Origin: a virus
Lineage: Duplodnaviria > Heunggongvirae > Uroviricota > Caudoviricetes
DNA: 10,708 bases
Reading direction: 5' to 3' (one strand)
Virus record (IMG/VR): IMGVR_UViG_2690316105_000022
Positions 1 through 7,054 of this stretch are shown here, piece after piece. Position 1 is the first letter of the stretch, and each line of letters starts with the position of its first letter. The position numbers and the translations under genes were made by a program. The notes beneath the pieces are model-generated. The model searched no databases. It saw nothing but the letters and a program-made list of their open reading frames with translations, and was not told the origin of the DNA.

Positions 1-1539
1 TTATTCAGTCGGCAGTGCTACGCGCCAGGGGAGCAGTTCGCCGACCCGGTTTATCGGCCAGTCGGCTATGACGTCAAGGACATAGCGGAGGTAGCTTTCT
101 GGCTCCACTCCGTTCAGTTTGCACGTCCCGATCAGGCTGTACAGCAGCGCTCCCCGCTCTCCTCCATGATCCGAACCGAAGAACAGGTAGTTTTTGCGGC
201 CCAGACTGACCATCCGCAACGCATTTTCAGCGATGTTATTGTCCGCCTCAGCCCAGCCATCATCTGCATAGTACGTCAGCGCCGGCCACTGGTTCAGGGC
301 GTATGCGAACGCTTTCGCCAGTTCTGAGTGTCGCGACAGGGTTTTCATCTTTTCACGCAGCCAGCTTTCCAGGGATTTCAGCAGCGGTTTCGTTTTCAAC
401 TGACGTTCGGCAAGGCGCTGCTCCGCCGTCATTCCCCTTATCTCTGCCTCGATGGCGTACAGTTCGCCGATCCGTTTCAGCGCTTCCTCCGTCAGGGCTG
501 ACGGGGTGCGAACGTGCACATCGTGGATTTTACGGCGGGCGTGAGCCCAACAGGCGGCTTCCGTTATCCGGCCATCCCGGTACAGCTCGTTGAACCCGGC
601 GTATGCATCCGCCTGCAGTACACCACTGAACCCCGCAAGATGGGTCTGCGGATGGATGCCTTTTCTGTCCGGGCTGTAAGCGAACCACACCGCCGGCGCC
701 AGCGTTGACCCGGCGTTACGGTCGTCACGAACGTAGGTCCATAACCGCCCGGTCTTCGTTTTCTTATTGCCTGGCAACAGCACCGGGACAGGCGTGTCAT
801 CAGCATGGAGCTTACCGTCAGTCAGCACATAGTCCTGAAGCGCTTCTTCCAGCGGTGACAGTAGCCGGCAGCATGCATCCACCCAGCCCGACAGCAGTGA
901 ACGACTCAGCTCCACGCCCTGGCGGCCGTACATTTCAGACTGGCGGTACAGCGGGGTGTGCTCTGCATACTTTGAGATCAGCACGCGGGCCAGCAGCCCC
1001 GGTCCTGCGATACCCCGCTCGATGGGCCGTGAAGGCGCGGGGGCCTGCACGATGGCATCGCACTGAGTACAGGCATGCTTTTCACGTACAGTCCGGATAA
1101 CCCGGAAGGCGCTGCGCATCAGCTCCAGCTGTTCGGCGGCATCCTCACCCAGATAGCTCAGCGAGCCTCCACATTCCGGGCAGCATGACGCTGCCGGCAG
1201 CAGCCGTTTTTCATCGCGGGGGAGTGATTCGGGGAACGGTTTGCGGGTGCGGGTTTGACGCAGCGGGCGCTGCACGGCCGGGTCGTCAACCCGACCGGTA
1301 AGGGTATCACTTTCTTTCTGAAGTGCCTTCAGGTCAGCTTCCATCTGTGCGATACGACGGGAGACTTTTTCCGAGCGGCTGCCGAAGTTCATCCGGCGCA
1401 GCTTATCCAGCTGTGCCTGCAGATGGTCTATTTCGCGTTCACGCTCGTTCAGCTTTTCCTGCAGGGCACGGTTCAGCGCCTCCTGTTCGGCAAGGAGACG
1501 TTTCAGTGCATTGATATCGTCAGGAAGTGAGCTGCTCAT
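1..1539 (-). CDS. tnpC: IS66-family transposase TnpC (Orf3, DDE-type)
   Basis: 512-aa ORF with N-terminal coiled-coil/leucine-zipper-like region, a Cys-rich CCPECGG...CTQCD zinc-finger-like motif and a long catalytic region typical of IS66 Orf3 transposases; follows tnpB after a 48-nt gap. Confidence 0.9.
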   Translation of the reverse strand: MSSSLPDDINALKRLLAEQEALNRALQEKLNEREREIDHLQAQLDKLRRMNFGSRSEKVSRRIAQMEADLKALQKESDTLTGRVDDPAVQRPLRQTRTRKPFPESLPRDEKRLLPAASCCPECGGSLSYLGEDAAEQLELMRSAFRVIRTVREKHACTQCDAIVQAPAPSRPIERGIAGPGLLARVLISKYAEHTPLYRQSEMYGRQGVELSRSLLSGWVDACCRLLSPLEEALQDYVLTDGKLHADDTPVPVLLPGNKKTKTGRLWTYVRDDRNAGSTLAPAVWFAYSPDRKGIHPQTHLAGFSGVLQADAYAGFNELYRDGRITEAACWAHARRKIHDVHVRTPSALTEEALKRIGELYAIEAEIRGMTAEQRLAERQLKTKPLLKSLESWLREKMKTLSRHSELAKAFAYALNQWPALTYYADDGWAEADNNIAENALRMVSLGRKNYLFFGSDHGGERGALLYSLIGTCKLNGVEPESYLRYVLDVIADWPINRVGELLPWRVALPTE

Positions 1540-1587
1540 ACCGGGTATATTACCAGGCTCATTCAGCGTCGACCAGGATAAAGAGGC

Positions 1588-1935
1588 TTACAACATAGTC
1601 AGGGACGTAAGCAGTCTTTTAGGCTGCCGCCAGTCGATACCTTCCAGCAGCATCGCCAGCTGTGCCGGTGTGAGGAACACTTTGCCATCCCGGGCTGACG
1701 GCCAGGCGAAGCGGCCGCGCTCCAGCCGTTTGGTCAGCAGACACAGTCCATCGCCGGTAGACCAGAGGAGCTTTACCTGACTGCCATTACGCCCACGGAA
1801 GATAAAAACGTGACCTGACATCGGATCGTCTTTCAGCGTCGTCTGCACCTTTGCCGCCAGGCCGTTGAAGCCGTTTCTCATATCGGTGATGCCAGCGACC
1901 AGCCAGATCTTTGTCCCTGAGGGTAATGGGATCAA
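1588..1935 (-). CDS. tnpB: IS66-family accessory protein TnpB (Orf2)
   Basis: 115-aa ORF (MIPLPSGTKIWLVAG...DMRNGFNGLAA...) matching the size and conserved N-terminal motif of IS66 Orf2; overlaps tnpA by 4 nt (ATGA). Confidence 0.88.
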   Translation of the reverse strand: MIPLPSGTKIWLVAGITDMRNGFNGLAAKVQTTLKDDPMSGHVFIFRGRNGSQVKLLWSTGDGLCLLTKRLERGRFAWPSARDGKVFLTPAQLAMLLEGIDWRQPKRLLTSLTML

Positions 1936-2336
1936 CGTTTGAGCTCCCGTATCAGCAGGTTCAGGATATTTTCGCTGATGGCACCATTCAGACGGAGTGA
2001 TCCGTGCCGGAACGTCACTTCACAGCTGATATTGAGTGATTCAGGTGTCGCAGCAGCTACAGGTTGTGACCGGGGGGAGGTTGTAGGGACAACATCTTCG
2101 GTATCAAGTGTTATCGGGAGCAGCTCAGGCACGTTGTTTTCTGTTGTTGAAGGAGGACGTAGTTTTCCTTCGCGCCAGTACTGGCGCCACTTGAACAGCA
2201 AATTATCGTTGATCCCATGCTCACGAGCGAGTTGCGCTACGGAGATCTCTGGTCGATGCGAGAGTTCAACCATTTTGATTTTGAACTCAACGGGATAATT
2301 AGGGCTTTTTTTACGCACTGCGGTTAATGATTTCAT
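1932..2336 (-). CDS. tnpA: IS66-family TnpA (Orf1, helix-turn-helix protein)
   Basis: 134-aa ORF first in the IS66 three-gene arrangement; the ISVAQLAREHGINDNLLFKWRQ segment looks like an HTH DNA-binding motif. Confidence 0.85.
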   Translation of the reverse strand: MKSLTAVRKKSPNYPVEFKIKMVELSHRPEISVAQLAREHGINDNLLFKWRQYWREGKLRPPSTTENNVPELLPITLDTEDVVPTTSPRSQPVAAATPESLNISCEVTFRHGSLRLNGAISENILNLLIRELKR

Positions 2337-2389
2337 GGATAGCGTCCACCATATTTGGTGTCCACTATTCTCTCAGGAATTTCAGGATC

Positions 2390-2417
2390 TGCCAGACGGT
2401 GCTGAGACGACGCTTAC
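2390..2417. repeat. Proximal terminal inverted repeat of the IS66-family element
   Basis: Minus-strand reading from 2417 inward gives GTAAGCGTCGTCTCAGCACCGTCTGGCA, beginning with the GTAAGCG motif recalled for IS66-family termini. The exact inner boundary is uncertain because the partner repeat is outside the window. Confidence 0.55.
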
Positions 2418-2419
2418 TC

Positions 2420-2725
2420 ATGAGCGAACCAAAATTTGGTGAAAAATTTTACAAGCACAACGTACGGATCACGATTCTGCAAATAAGCGCAGCTACACCA
2501 GGCTGGTGGGTTGAAACAGACGAAGGATCCTCACCCGTGGCATCATGGGCGCTTTGTGCGCTTAGTTACCCTGACAGCGATGTGTATCAGGATATTCTTC
2601 CTGTGATATCCACTGACAAAGGCATGAAACCCGTAGACATCAAAAACATGGGTTTTCAGTGCGTAATGCTCACTGAAAAAATGATGGAAGAGATGAAAAA
2701 GAACAACGCCGGATCGCTTCACTGA
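2420..2725 (+). CDS. Hypothetical protein; possibly the 3' remnant of a gene interrupted by the IS66 insertion
   Basis: The open frame runs without stops from inside the IS across the IS end to a TGA at 2723-2725, 9 nt before the SSB-like start. The first ATG outside the IS is at 2420, only 3 nt from the IS terminus, with no own ribosome-binding site. No family recognised. Confidence 0.35.
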   Translation: MSEPKFGEKFYKHNVRITILQISAATPGWWVETDEGSSPVASWALCALSYPDSDVYQDILPVISTDKGMKPVDIKNMGFQCVMLTEKMMEEMKKNNAGSLH

Positions 2726-2734
2726 GGTGGCAAT

Positions 2735-3145
2735 ATGACAGCACAAATTGCAGCTTACGGGCGGCTGGTGGACGACCCGCAGGTAAAACAGACCAGCAAG
2801 GGCACACCGATGACGCTGGCGCGTATGGCGGTATCGTTGCCATGCAGTCAGGCGCAGGACGGGCAGGCTACGTTATGGCTGTCGGTCCTGGCATTTGGCA
2901 AACAGGCCGACCAACTGGCAGGACATGAGAAAGGCAACGTAATCAGCGTATCCGGCGTGATGCAGGTCAGTCAGTGGACAGGACAGGACGGGGGGACGCG
3001 TCAGGGTTATCAGATTATTGCCGACAGCGTAATCAGTGCGAAAACGGTGAGACCAGGCGGCAGCAGACGCAAAACCACAGGCACACAGGGTAATCAGCCA
3101 CCAGCGGGAGGCGATGACCCTTACGGTGATGATATTCCGTTCTGA
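2735..3145 (+). CDS. ssb: Single-stranded DNA-binding protein (SSB-like)
   Basis: 136-aa ORF whose pattern (G.L..DP.V....G......A....W..V..FGK.A....KG..V...G.....WT.Q.G..R) aligns by eye to the E. coli SSB OB-fold, followed by a Gly/Pro/Gln-rich linker and a C-terminal acidic tip DDPYGDDIPF resembling the canonical SSB DDDIPF tail. RBS GAGGTGG lies 5-11 nt upstream of the ATG. Confidence 0.8.
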   Translation: MTAQIAAYGRLVDDPQVKQTSKGTPMTLARMAVSLPCSQAQDGQATLWLSVLAFGKQADQLAGHEKGNVISVSGVMQVSQWTGQDGGTRQGYQIIADSVISAKTVRPGGSRRKTTGTQGNQPPAGGDDPYGDDIPF

Positions 3146-3155
3146 GGGGGTGACG

Positions 3156-3428
3156 ATGGTACATGACCGCATAGCGGAAGAACTCGAAGCGAAAGGATTT
3201 TACCGGAGGGCGGCGGCGCGATGGGGTGAAGTTATGATGCTGGTGGAGACAGACAAGGAACGGCATCACATCACGATGCGACGGCTGGAATGTTCCAGGA
3301 AGGCACAGAGGCCACCGGAGACGGCGGATAATTACGGAGACCTGAAAAAGGCAGTCGATCGCACTTATGCCGAAATGGGGATAGATGGCGCTGGTGATGA
3401 AATATGGCGCAATTACCAGGACAGCTAA
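3156..3428 (+). CDS. Small transcriptional regulator, PerC-family-like (assignment from motif memory)
   Basis: 90-aa ORF starting MVHDRIAEELEAKGFYRRAAARW, resembling the A.ELE..GLWRRAA.RW signature I recall for PerC/Pch-type activators. RBS GAGGGGG is 6 nt upstream of the ATG at 3156; the start region overlaps the ssb stop. Followed by a terminator. Confidence 0.5.
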   Translation: MVHDRIAEELEAKGFYRRAAARWGEVMMLVETDKERHHITMRRLECSRKAQRPPETADNYGDLKKAVDRTYAEMGIDGAGDEIWRNYQDS

Positions 3429-3434
3429 TCACAC

Positions 3435-3458
3435 AGCCGGAGAAATCCGGCTTTTTTT
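3435..3458 (+). terminator. Rho-independent terminator after the PerC-like gene
   Basis: Perfect 7-bp stem AGCCGGA / TCCGGCT with GAAA tetraloop, followed by TTTTTT. Confidence 0.7.
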
Positions 3459-3553
3459 GCGCCAGTTGAAACGGTATGGCGCATTACCGGCTTTTCGTCA
3501 CGGTCCGGCATAGTTACTATCTGAAACAAACAGACACAACAGAGGAAAAAACA

Positions 3554-3778
3554 ATGCCGATGAAATTTGATGAGATATTAAAACAGCGTGATAAATACCA
3601 TGCTGACAACATGGAGACGATGAACATCAATGATTACCGCGCATTCCTGGAAACGGGCGCGCTAATCGAAAAGGATCGGCATGGATTTGTCAGATGTGCG
3701 CTATCCGGTGAAATGCTGGCAGTAAATCCTGAACAGATAGATGCATTGATAGAATTTCTGAAAGGGATCAGGGACTGA
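3554..3778 (+). CDS. Hypothetical small protein (74 aa), insulated cassette
   Basis: ORF starting MPMKFDEILKQ with a good RBS AGAGGA 7 nt upstream of the ATG at 3554. The 5' extension back to 3476 given by the ORF track is unlikely because it starts right after the preceding terminator. No recognisable family. Confidence 0.6.
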   Translation: MPMKFDEILKQRDKYHADNMETMNINDYRAFLETGALIEKDRHGFVRCALSGEMLAVNPEQIDALIEFLKGIRD

Positions 3779-3788
3779 GCACCCATAC

Positions 3789-3820
3789 AGCCGGAGCAAT
3801 CCGGCTTTTTGTTATTTTTT
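3789..3820 (+). terminator. Rho-independent terminator after the small ORF, near-duplicate of the terminator at 3435
   Basis: Stem AGCCGGA / TCCGGCT with GCAA tetraloop, followed by TTTTTGTTATTTTTT. The core ACAGCCGGAG[A/C]AATCCGGCTTTTT is shared with the terminator at 3431-3457. Confidence 0.7.
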
Positions 3821-3829
3821 GTAAATTAT

Positions 3830-3877
3830 TTGTTCGTGGTTGTTCCACGTTGTTCACTGAGCGGATCGGCATATTTT
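3830..3877 (+). promoter_or_regulatory. Phased TTGTTC triple direct repeat with possible sigma70-like promoter for the capsid operon
   Basis: TTGTTC occurs at 3830, 3840 and 3850, exactly 10 bp apart (TTGTTCgtggTTGTTCcacgTTGTTCactg). The third copy could serve as a -35 element, with TATTTT at 3872-3877 as a -10 after a 16-nt spacer. No transcription start data. Confidence 0.3.
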
Positions 3878-3931
3878 ACCCGAACTGAATCATGATTATT
3901 CTCGCCAGTGGTGCCAGGACGCTGGGGCCAC

Positions 3932-3979
3932 TTTCCCGCCTGTTAATGTGCTCACCAATATTCATTACCAGGCGGGAAA
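3932..3979. repeat. Long imperfect palindrome (17-bp arms, 14-nt spacer) in the capsid leader
   Basis: Left arm TTTCCCGCCTGTTAATG (3932-3948) and right arm CATTACCAGGCGGGAAA (3963-3979) are reverse complements with one mismatch. Confidence 0.6.
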
Positions 3980-4032
3980 ACGATCGGTGCGATTGCTGAT
4001 TTCCTTATGAAAAACGGTTGAGTTTTTACCGC

Positions 4033-4070
4033 GTCCTGGAGTTCCTTACTTAACCCCAGGACTTTTTTTT
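4033..4070 (+). terminator. Terminator-like hairpin plus T8 tract immediately abutting the capsid start codon
   Basis: Stem GTCCTGG (4033-4039) / CCAGGAC (4056-4062) with a 16-nt loop, followed by TTTTTTTT (4063-4070); the capsid ATG begins at 4071. The loop is long for an efficient intrinsic terminator, so function is uncertain. Confidence 0.4.
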
Positions 4071-5228
4071 ATGCCGAGAATAATCGAATTACGCCAGCAG
4101 AAAACCGCCATTAAAAATCAGATGCGCGACATGCTGGAGAACGCGGAAAAAGAAAACCGCAGCCTTAACGATGCAGAGGGCGCAAAATTTGACGAATTAC
4201 GCGCTAAAGCTGAATCCCTCGATAAAGACATTTCCCGCCTTGAAGCCATTGCAGACGAAGAGCGCAGCAAGCCAGGTAAAAGCAGCCAGACCACTGACCA
4301 GGCAGAACTCCGAAACTACATCCTGACAGGTGAAACCCGTGCATTAAGTACAGGTGTCCCCGCTGATGGTGGTTATACCGTTATCCCTGAACTGAACACC
4401 GAAATCATGCGAATACTGGCGGATGAGTCCACCATGCGCCGCATCTGTACCGTGAAAAAAATCAGCAGCAACGAGTTTAAGCAGCTTGTTTCCGCTGGCG
4501 GTGCGACCGTTAACCTCGGTGAAGAGGGTAAGGCACGCGAACAGACCAGCACCCCGCAGATTAACGAGGTGAGCATCAAGCTGTATCCGGTCTATGCGTA
4601 CCCGCGCACCACGCAGGAAATCGTGGATTTTTCCGATGTGGACATCCTTTCATGGCTGACGGGCGAGATTGGCGACACCTTCACGGAAACCGAAGAAAGC
4701 GATCTGGTTGTGGGCGACGGTGACAAAAAAGCAAAAGGCTTTTTATCCGTACCCCGTGCAGAGAAGAACGACAAAGAACGTGATTTTGGTACGTTGCAGG
4801 TAATTAAGCCTTCTGAGTCTCTTGCGTGGACATCTGCGGACCCGCTGATCGATCTGAAATTTGCATTACGTAAAAAATACCGCAAGAACGCGGTATGGGT
4901 GGTTAACTCCACGACGGCGGCAAAACTCCAGAAGGTGAAGAATGCGAACGGGGATTATATATGGCGTGACCGTTTACAGGCGGGTGATCCTGACACATTG
5001 CTGGGCCTTCCGGTCGAATATCTGGAGTTTATGCCGGATAACGTTATTGCCCTGGGTGACTTCAAACGCGGTTACTACATTGTTGATCACGAAACGGGTG
5101 TTCGCACCAGACCGGACAACCTGACAGAACCAGGATTCATCAAAATTTTCACGCAGAAATATTTAGGCGGTGGCGTGGTGGATTCGAACGCGATCAAGAT
5201 TCTGGAACTGCCACAGGACGACGATTAA
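4071..5228 (+). CDS. Major capsid protein, HK97-fold family, with N-terminal coiled-coil (delta/scaffolding-like) domain
   Basis: 385-aa ORF. The first ~70 residues are a charged, coiled-coil-like region (ELRQQKTAIKNQMRDMLENAEKENRSLNDAEGAKFDELRAKAESLDKDISRLEAIADEE) typical of HK97-type delta domains; the remainder has the size and motif feel of HK97-family capsid proteins. Sits directly upstream of a prohead protease and portal. Confidence 0.88.
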   Translation: MPRIIELRQQKTAIKNQMRDMLENAEKENRSLNDAEGAKFDELRAKAESLDKDISRLEAIADEERSKPGKSSQTTDQAELRNYILTGETRALSTGVPADGGYTVIPELNTEIMRILADESTMRRICTVKKISSNEFKQLVSAGGATVNLGEEGKAREQTSTPQINEVSIKLYPVYAYPRTTQEIVDFSDVDILSWLTGEIGDTFTETEESDLVVGDGDKKAKGFLSVPRAEKNDKERDFGTLQVIKPSESLAWTSADPLIDLKFALRKKYRKNAVWVVNSTTAAKLQKVKNANGDYIWRDRLQAGDPDTLLGLPVEYLEFMPDNVIALGDFKRGYYIVDHETGVRTRPDNLTEPGFIKIFTQKYLGGGVVDSNAIKILELPQDDD

Positions 5229-5238
5229 CAGCATACAG

Positions 5239-5269
5239 AAGGGGCTAAAAAGCCCCTTTAGTGTTTTAT
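5239..5269 (+). terminator. Hairpin with interrupted T tract after the capsid gene (possible partial terminator)
   Basis: 8-bp stem AAGGGGCT / AGCCCCTT with AAAA loop (5239-5258), followed by TAGTGTTTT. Confidence 0.45.
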
Positions 5270-5283
5270 GGGTGAAAAAAATT

Positions 5284-5841
5284 ATGAAGAGTATGGAAAT
5301 CCGGTCATCGGAAATCACCACCAGCGCCAGCAACACGCTGACGGGTTACGTTGTTCGCTGGAATAACCTTTCTGATCTGCTATGGGGTGAGTTTTACGAA
5401 AAATTTCAGCGGGGGGCGTTTACTGAGTGGCTTGCGGCGGGTAATGACGTTCGCGGCCTGTATGAGCATGACCACAGCATGTTACTGGGGCGCACCCGTT
5501 CCGGATCGCTGAAACTGGAAGAGGACGACACAGGGTTACGCTTTGAACTGACGCCACCGGATACCAGTACAGGGCGGGACGTTATCGAACTGGTTAAGCG
5601 TGGTGATATATCCGGCATGAGCTTTGGCTTTCGTTCCCGTAAGGATGTATGGGATACCACAACAGATCCATGCGTGCGCACTGTGCTGGTTGCGGAACTG
5701 TACGAAATTACCGTCACATCCGTACCGGCTTACCCTGATTCCGGCGTGGAGCTGGCCCGCCGTTCCCTGTACGAGCAGCACCCCGAAAAAATGCCGCGTG
5801 CGGATAATCGCCGCTGGTGGGCGGATTTAGCGGGGGTGTGA
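5284..5841 (+). CDS. Prohead maturation protease, HK97 family (S78/U35-like)
   Basis: The ORF contains LTGYVVRWN...GAF...DVRGLYEHDHSMLLGRTRSGSLKLEEDDTGLRFEL..P.T..GRDVIELVKRGDISGMSFGFR...TVPAYPDSGVEL, closely resembling HK97-type prohead protease motifs as I recall them. Start chosen at the ATG at 5284, downstream of the capsid stop; the track's 5170 start would overlap the capsid gene. Confidence 0.82.
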   Translation: MKSMEIRSSEITTSASNTLTGYVVRWNNLSDLLWGEFYEKFQRGAFTEWLAAGNDVRGLYEHDHSMLLGRTRSGSLKLEEDDTGLRFELTPPDTSTGRDVIELVKRGDISGMSFGFRSRKDVWDTTTDPCVRTVLVAELYEITVTSVPAYPDSGVELARRSLYEQHPEKMPRADNRRWWADLAGV

Positions 5842-5842
5842 T

Positions 5843-7054
5843 ATGTGGCCTTTCAGAAGAAAAAAAGAGCAGCGCAGCATGACGCTTGATGAATTTATGG
5901 CGCTGGCTGGCACATCGAACACGGGGGCGGGTGAGTACGTATCATCGGGGACAGCGGAATCACTCCCCGCCGTCATGAACGCCGTCACGGTCATCTCTGA
6001 GGCGGTGGCTACTATGCCATGCTACCTGTACCTGGTACGCAATGAGAAGGGGAAGGAGGCCCGCGAGTGGCTTGATTCTCATCCGGTCGATCATATCCTC
6101 AACGAGCGCCCGAACGCATGGCAAACCCCCTACCAGTTTAAGCGAATGATGATCCGCCACTGCCTGTTAAACGGTAATGCTTACGCGGTGATTCAGTGGG
6201 GGCGTGATGGTTTTCCGGCGGCTTTACATCCTTACCCGCCGCAGTCGGTGAACGTGGAGCAGACAGGAGAACACAACTGGCGCTATTGCATCACTGACGC
6301 CTACACCGGAAACACCCGCAACTATTTACCGTGGGAAGTACTTCACCTTCGTTACTCCACGGATGACGGCTTTATGGGGCGCTCACCTGTAACCATCTGC
6401 CGCGAATCGCTGGGGCTTGGGCTGGCCCAACAACGCCACGGCGCGAGCGTGATGCGTGATGGCATGATGGCGGCAGGGGTTATCACGTCAGGCGAATGGC
6501 TGGACGGCGTGAAGGGCAAACAGGCATTAGCCGCACTGGAACGCTATAAAGGGGCCAAAAACGCCGGAAAAACGCCCATCCTTGAAGGGGGCATGAGTTA
6601 CCAGCAGCTGGGCATGAGTAACCAGGACGCCGAATGGCTGGCCTCCCGTCGCTTCACCATTGAAGACATCGCCCGAATGTTCAACGTCTCGCCGATTTTT
6701 CTGCAGGAATACAGCAACAGCACCTACAGCAATTTCAGCGAGGCAAGCCGCGCATTTCTCACCATGACGATGCGCCCGTGGCTGGCGAACTTTGAGCAGC
6801 AGATAAAAAACGCCTTGCTGGTGGTCTCGCCTGTACCTGGTATCCGGTATCAGGTGGAGTTTGACAGCGCGGACCTGTTACGGGCCACACCTGGCGAACG
6901 CTTTGCCACCTATGAGCGAGGCATCAAATCCGGTGTTATGTGCCCGAACGAAGCCCGCGAACGAGAAGGGTTGTCTCCGCGTGATGGTGGTGATGAGTTC
7001 AGCCAGGCATGGAAACAGGAAGTAAAAATCAGCGAGGGAGAAAAACCGGAATGA
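5843..7054 (+). CDS. Portal protein, HK97 family
   Basis: 403-aa ORF of portal size and character lying between the protease and head-completion genes. RBS-like GGGGG is 6 nt upstream; the start is 2 nt after the protease stop. Confidence 0.85.
   Translation: MWPFRRKKEQRSMTLDEFMALAGTSNTGAGEYVSSGTAESLPAVMNAVTVISEAVATMPCYLYLVRNEKGKEAREWLDSHPVDHILNERPNAWQTPYQFKRMMIRHCLLNGNAYAVIQWGRDGFPAALHPYPPQSVNVEQTGEHNWRYCITDAYTGNTRNYLPWEVLHLRYSTDDGFMGRSPVTICRESLGLGLAQQRHGASVMRDGMMAAGVITSGEWLDGVKGKQALAALERYKGAKNAGKTPILEGGMSYQQLGMSNQDAEWLASRRFTIEDIARMFNVSPIFLQEYSNSTYSNFSEASRAFLTMTMRPWLANFEQQIKNALLVVSPVPGIRYQVEFDSADLLRATPGERFATYERGIKSGVMCPNEAREREGLSPRDGGDEFSQAWKQEVKISEGEKPE

Larger units (their letters stand above)
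1..2417 (-). mobile_element. IS66-family insertion sequence (ISEc8-like), distal end outside the window
   Basis: Three co-directional minus-strand ORFs in the characteristic IS66 layout: 134-aa TnpA, 115-aa TnpB overlapping it by 4 nt, then 512-aa TnpC after a short gap. The terminus at about 2417 reads 5'-GTAAGCGTCGTCTCAGCAC on the minus strand, matching the GTAAGCG-type ends I recall for IS66 family. The tnpC stop codon occupies window bases 1-3, so the far inverted repeat is not visible. Confidence 0.85.

Noticed and set aside
303-1530. Plus-strand ORFs inside the IS66 element (303-593, 705-1100, 1255-1530 and others)
   Set aside because: They are antisense to the tnpC transposase gene and show Arg/Pro/Ser-rich antisense-type composition; no independent support.
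2327-2725. Track ORF of 132 aa starting at 2327
   Set aside because: Its first 30 codons lie inside the IS66 element, antisense to tnpA; only the part downstream of the IS end at 2417 can belong to a host or element gene, so the full-length ORF is an artefact of the insertion junction.
3476-3553. N-terminal extension of the small insulated ORF (MAHYRLFVTVRHSYYLKQ...)
   Set aside because: It begins right after the terminator T tract with no RBS, whereas the internal ATG at 3554 has a strong AGAGGA RBS at ideal spacing.
3821-4070. P2/P4-type late activator (Ogr/Delta) binding site TGT-N12-ACA upstream of the capsid gene
   Set aside because: I looked for an exact TGT-N12-ACA dyad in the leader and found only near-misses (for example TGT-N12-ACT near 3843-3860), so I do not claim an Ogr/Delta-type site.
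5170-5283. N-terminal extension of the protease ORF overlapping the end of the capsid gene
   Set aside because: The extension (MAWWIRTRSRFWNCH...) overlaps the capsid coding region and the post-capsid hairpin in another frame and has no protease-like sequence; the ATG at 5284 after the hairpin is the more plausible start.
7009-7050. Upstream start for the head closure protein inside the portal gene
   Set aside because: The ATG at 7051 overlapping the portal stop gives the conserved N-terminus (MNIGRLRDRVTIQ) and typical translational coupling; the extension overlaps portal coding sequence.
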